The notes beneath the pieces were generated by a model, which did not search any database, was not told the DNA's origin, and saw nothing but the letters and a program-made list of their open reading frames with translations. Made by a program: the position numbers and the translations under genes. A stretch of 64,000 bases of DNA from Nitrospiraceae bacterium (lineage in GTDB: Bacteria > Nitrospirota > Thermodesulfovibrionia > Thermodesulfovibrionales > UBA1546). The stretch lies in assembly GCA_021373015.1 (NCBI GenBank), contig JAJFTJ010000005.1:225072-289071 (forward strand), given 5' to 3'. Shown here piece after piece: positions 63,380 to 64,000 of this stretch. Position 1 is the stretch's first letter. Every line of letters starts with the position of its first letter.

Positions 63380-64000
63380 ATGAATCTCTACGAATATGAT
63401 GAATCCTACAGAAAAAAGGGGTTCGCAATAATTGCAGGGATAGATGAAGCAGGAAGAGGACCACTCGCAGGGCCGGTTGTAGCATCTGCAGTGGTTCTTT
63501 CAGTTAAAACCAGAATAAACGGGTTAAGAGATTCAAAGAAAGTTCCTGAAAAAGAAAGACAAACATTGTTTTATGAGGTTTTGAGTTCCTGCCTTGATGT
63601 TGGAGTTGGAATAGTTGAGGCTGACAAAATAGATAGAATGAATATTCTTAAAGCAACAAAACTAGCCATGGAAAATGCAGTTGAGGATCTCTTAGACAGA
63701 CCTGATTTTCTTTTAATTGATGCAGTAAAATTGCCAAAGGTGAACATTCAGCAGCTATCTCCAATAAAAGGAGAATCCCTGAGTGCATCAATCGCAGCTG
63801 CCTCGATCATTGCTAAGTTTGTAAGGGACAGATTAATGCAGCAGTATCACCAGCTATATCCACAATACGGCTTTGAAAAACACAAAGGATATGGGACAAA
63901 AGAACATCTAGACAGCTTACAGCATTATGGGCCATGTCCAATACACAGAAAAAGTTTTGACAAAGTAATGTCATTAATATTGCCGTTTAATCAAATTTAA
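63380..64000 (+). CDS. rnhB: Ribonuclease HII
   Basis: IAGIDEAGRGPLAGPVVASAV, DSKK and GYGTKEHL. The TAA stop occupies the last three bases of the window. Confidence 0.95.
   Translation: MNLYEYDESYRKKGFAIIAGIDEAGRGPLAGPVVASAVVLSVKTRINGLRDSKKVPEKERQTLFYEVLSSCLDVGVGIVEADKIDRMNILKATKLAMENAVEDLLDRPDFLLIDAVKLPKVNIQQLSPIKGESLSASIAAASIIAKFVRDRLMQQYHQLYPQYGFEKHKGYGTKEHLDSLQHYGPCPIHRKSFDKVMSLILPFNQI

Noticed and set aside
1-64000. Search by eye for rRNA, tRNA, tmRNA, CRISPR arrays, IS elements, integrases and reverse transcriptases
   Set aside because: No intergenic gap exceeds about 160 bp, and none shows a cloverleaf-compatible or repeat-spacer structure. No ORF has transposase, integrase or RT motifs. 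A covariance-model scan (tRNAscan-SE, Infernal) would be needed to exclude small RNAs.

Overview
Gene-dense 64-kb bacterial chromosomal window, AT-rich by eye (not computed). The organism looks diderm (outer-membrane barrels, Mla, Tat, many lipoproteins) and probably anaerobic or microaerophilic (2-oxoacid:ferredoxin oxidoreductase subunit, flavodiiron protein, rubredoxin, octaheme cytochrome c). I cannot assign taxonomy from the sequence alone. All family calls come from reading the translations and recognising motifs; no searches were run.

Housekeeping genes: glyS (partial), glyQ, tatA, tatC, trxA, ffh, rpsP, rnr, hisS, divIVA, yggT, proC, yggS, rnc, an aspartate aminotransferase, recO, addA, addB, argJ, trmD, rplS and rnhB.

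Accessory content:
- A FecR / CHASE2-cyclase / OMP signalling triad (4.4-8.4 kb).
- A HEAT / HD-GYP pair (9.9-13 kb).
- A 5.7-kb opposite-strand block wedged between addA and addB. It carries an orphan Rhs C-terminal toxin tip with an exported candidate immunity protein, a thioredoxin-fold protein, a CsgG/FlgO-like protein, and a flavodiiron / rubredoxin / octaheme-cytochrome module. The rubredoxin ORF is absent from the supplied track.
- Two cNMP-binding proteins (a YihY fusion and a Crp-type regulator) immediately upstream of an 18-kb co-directional array (41.4-59.1 kb). The array encodes 14 exported proteins and one membrane protein, followed by an Mla-like transporter whose ATPase has degenerate catalytic motifs.

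The 18-kb array is the most interesting candidate. It combines CsgG-, LPP20/FlgP-, FlgT-N-, FlgO- and DUF799-like modules with a transglutaminase, a beta-helix/FN3 protein and an exported TPR-CHAT protease, with no flagellar or curli genes nearby.

A 12-bp palindrome GTGAA-N2-TTCAC occurs twice by eye. Each copy abuts a -35-like TTGA, which links the array and the thioredoxin-fold operon to a possible Crp-type regulon.

I recognised no rRNA, tRNA, CRISPR array, transposase or integrase.
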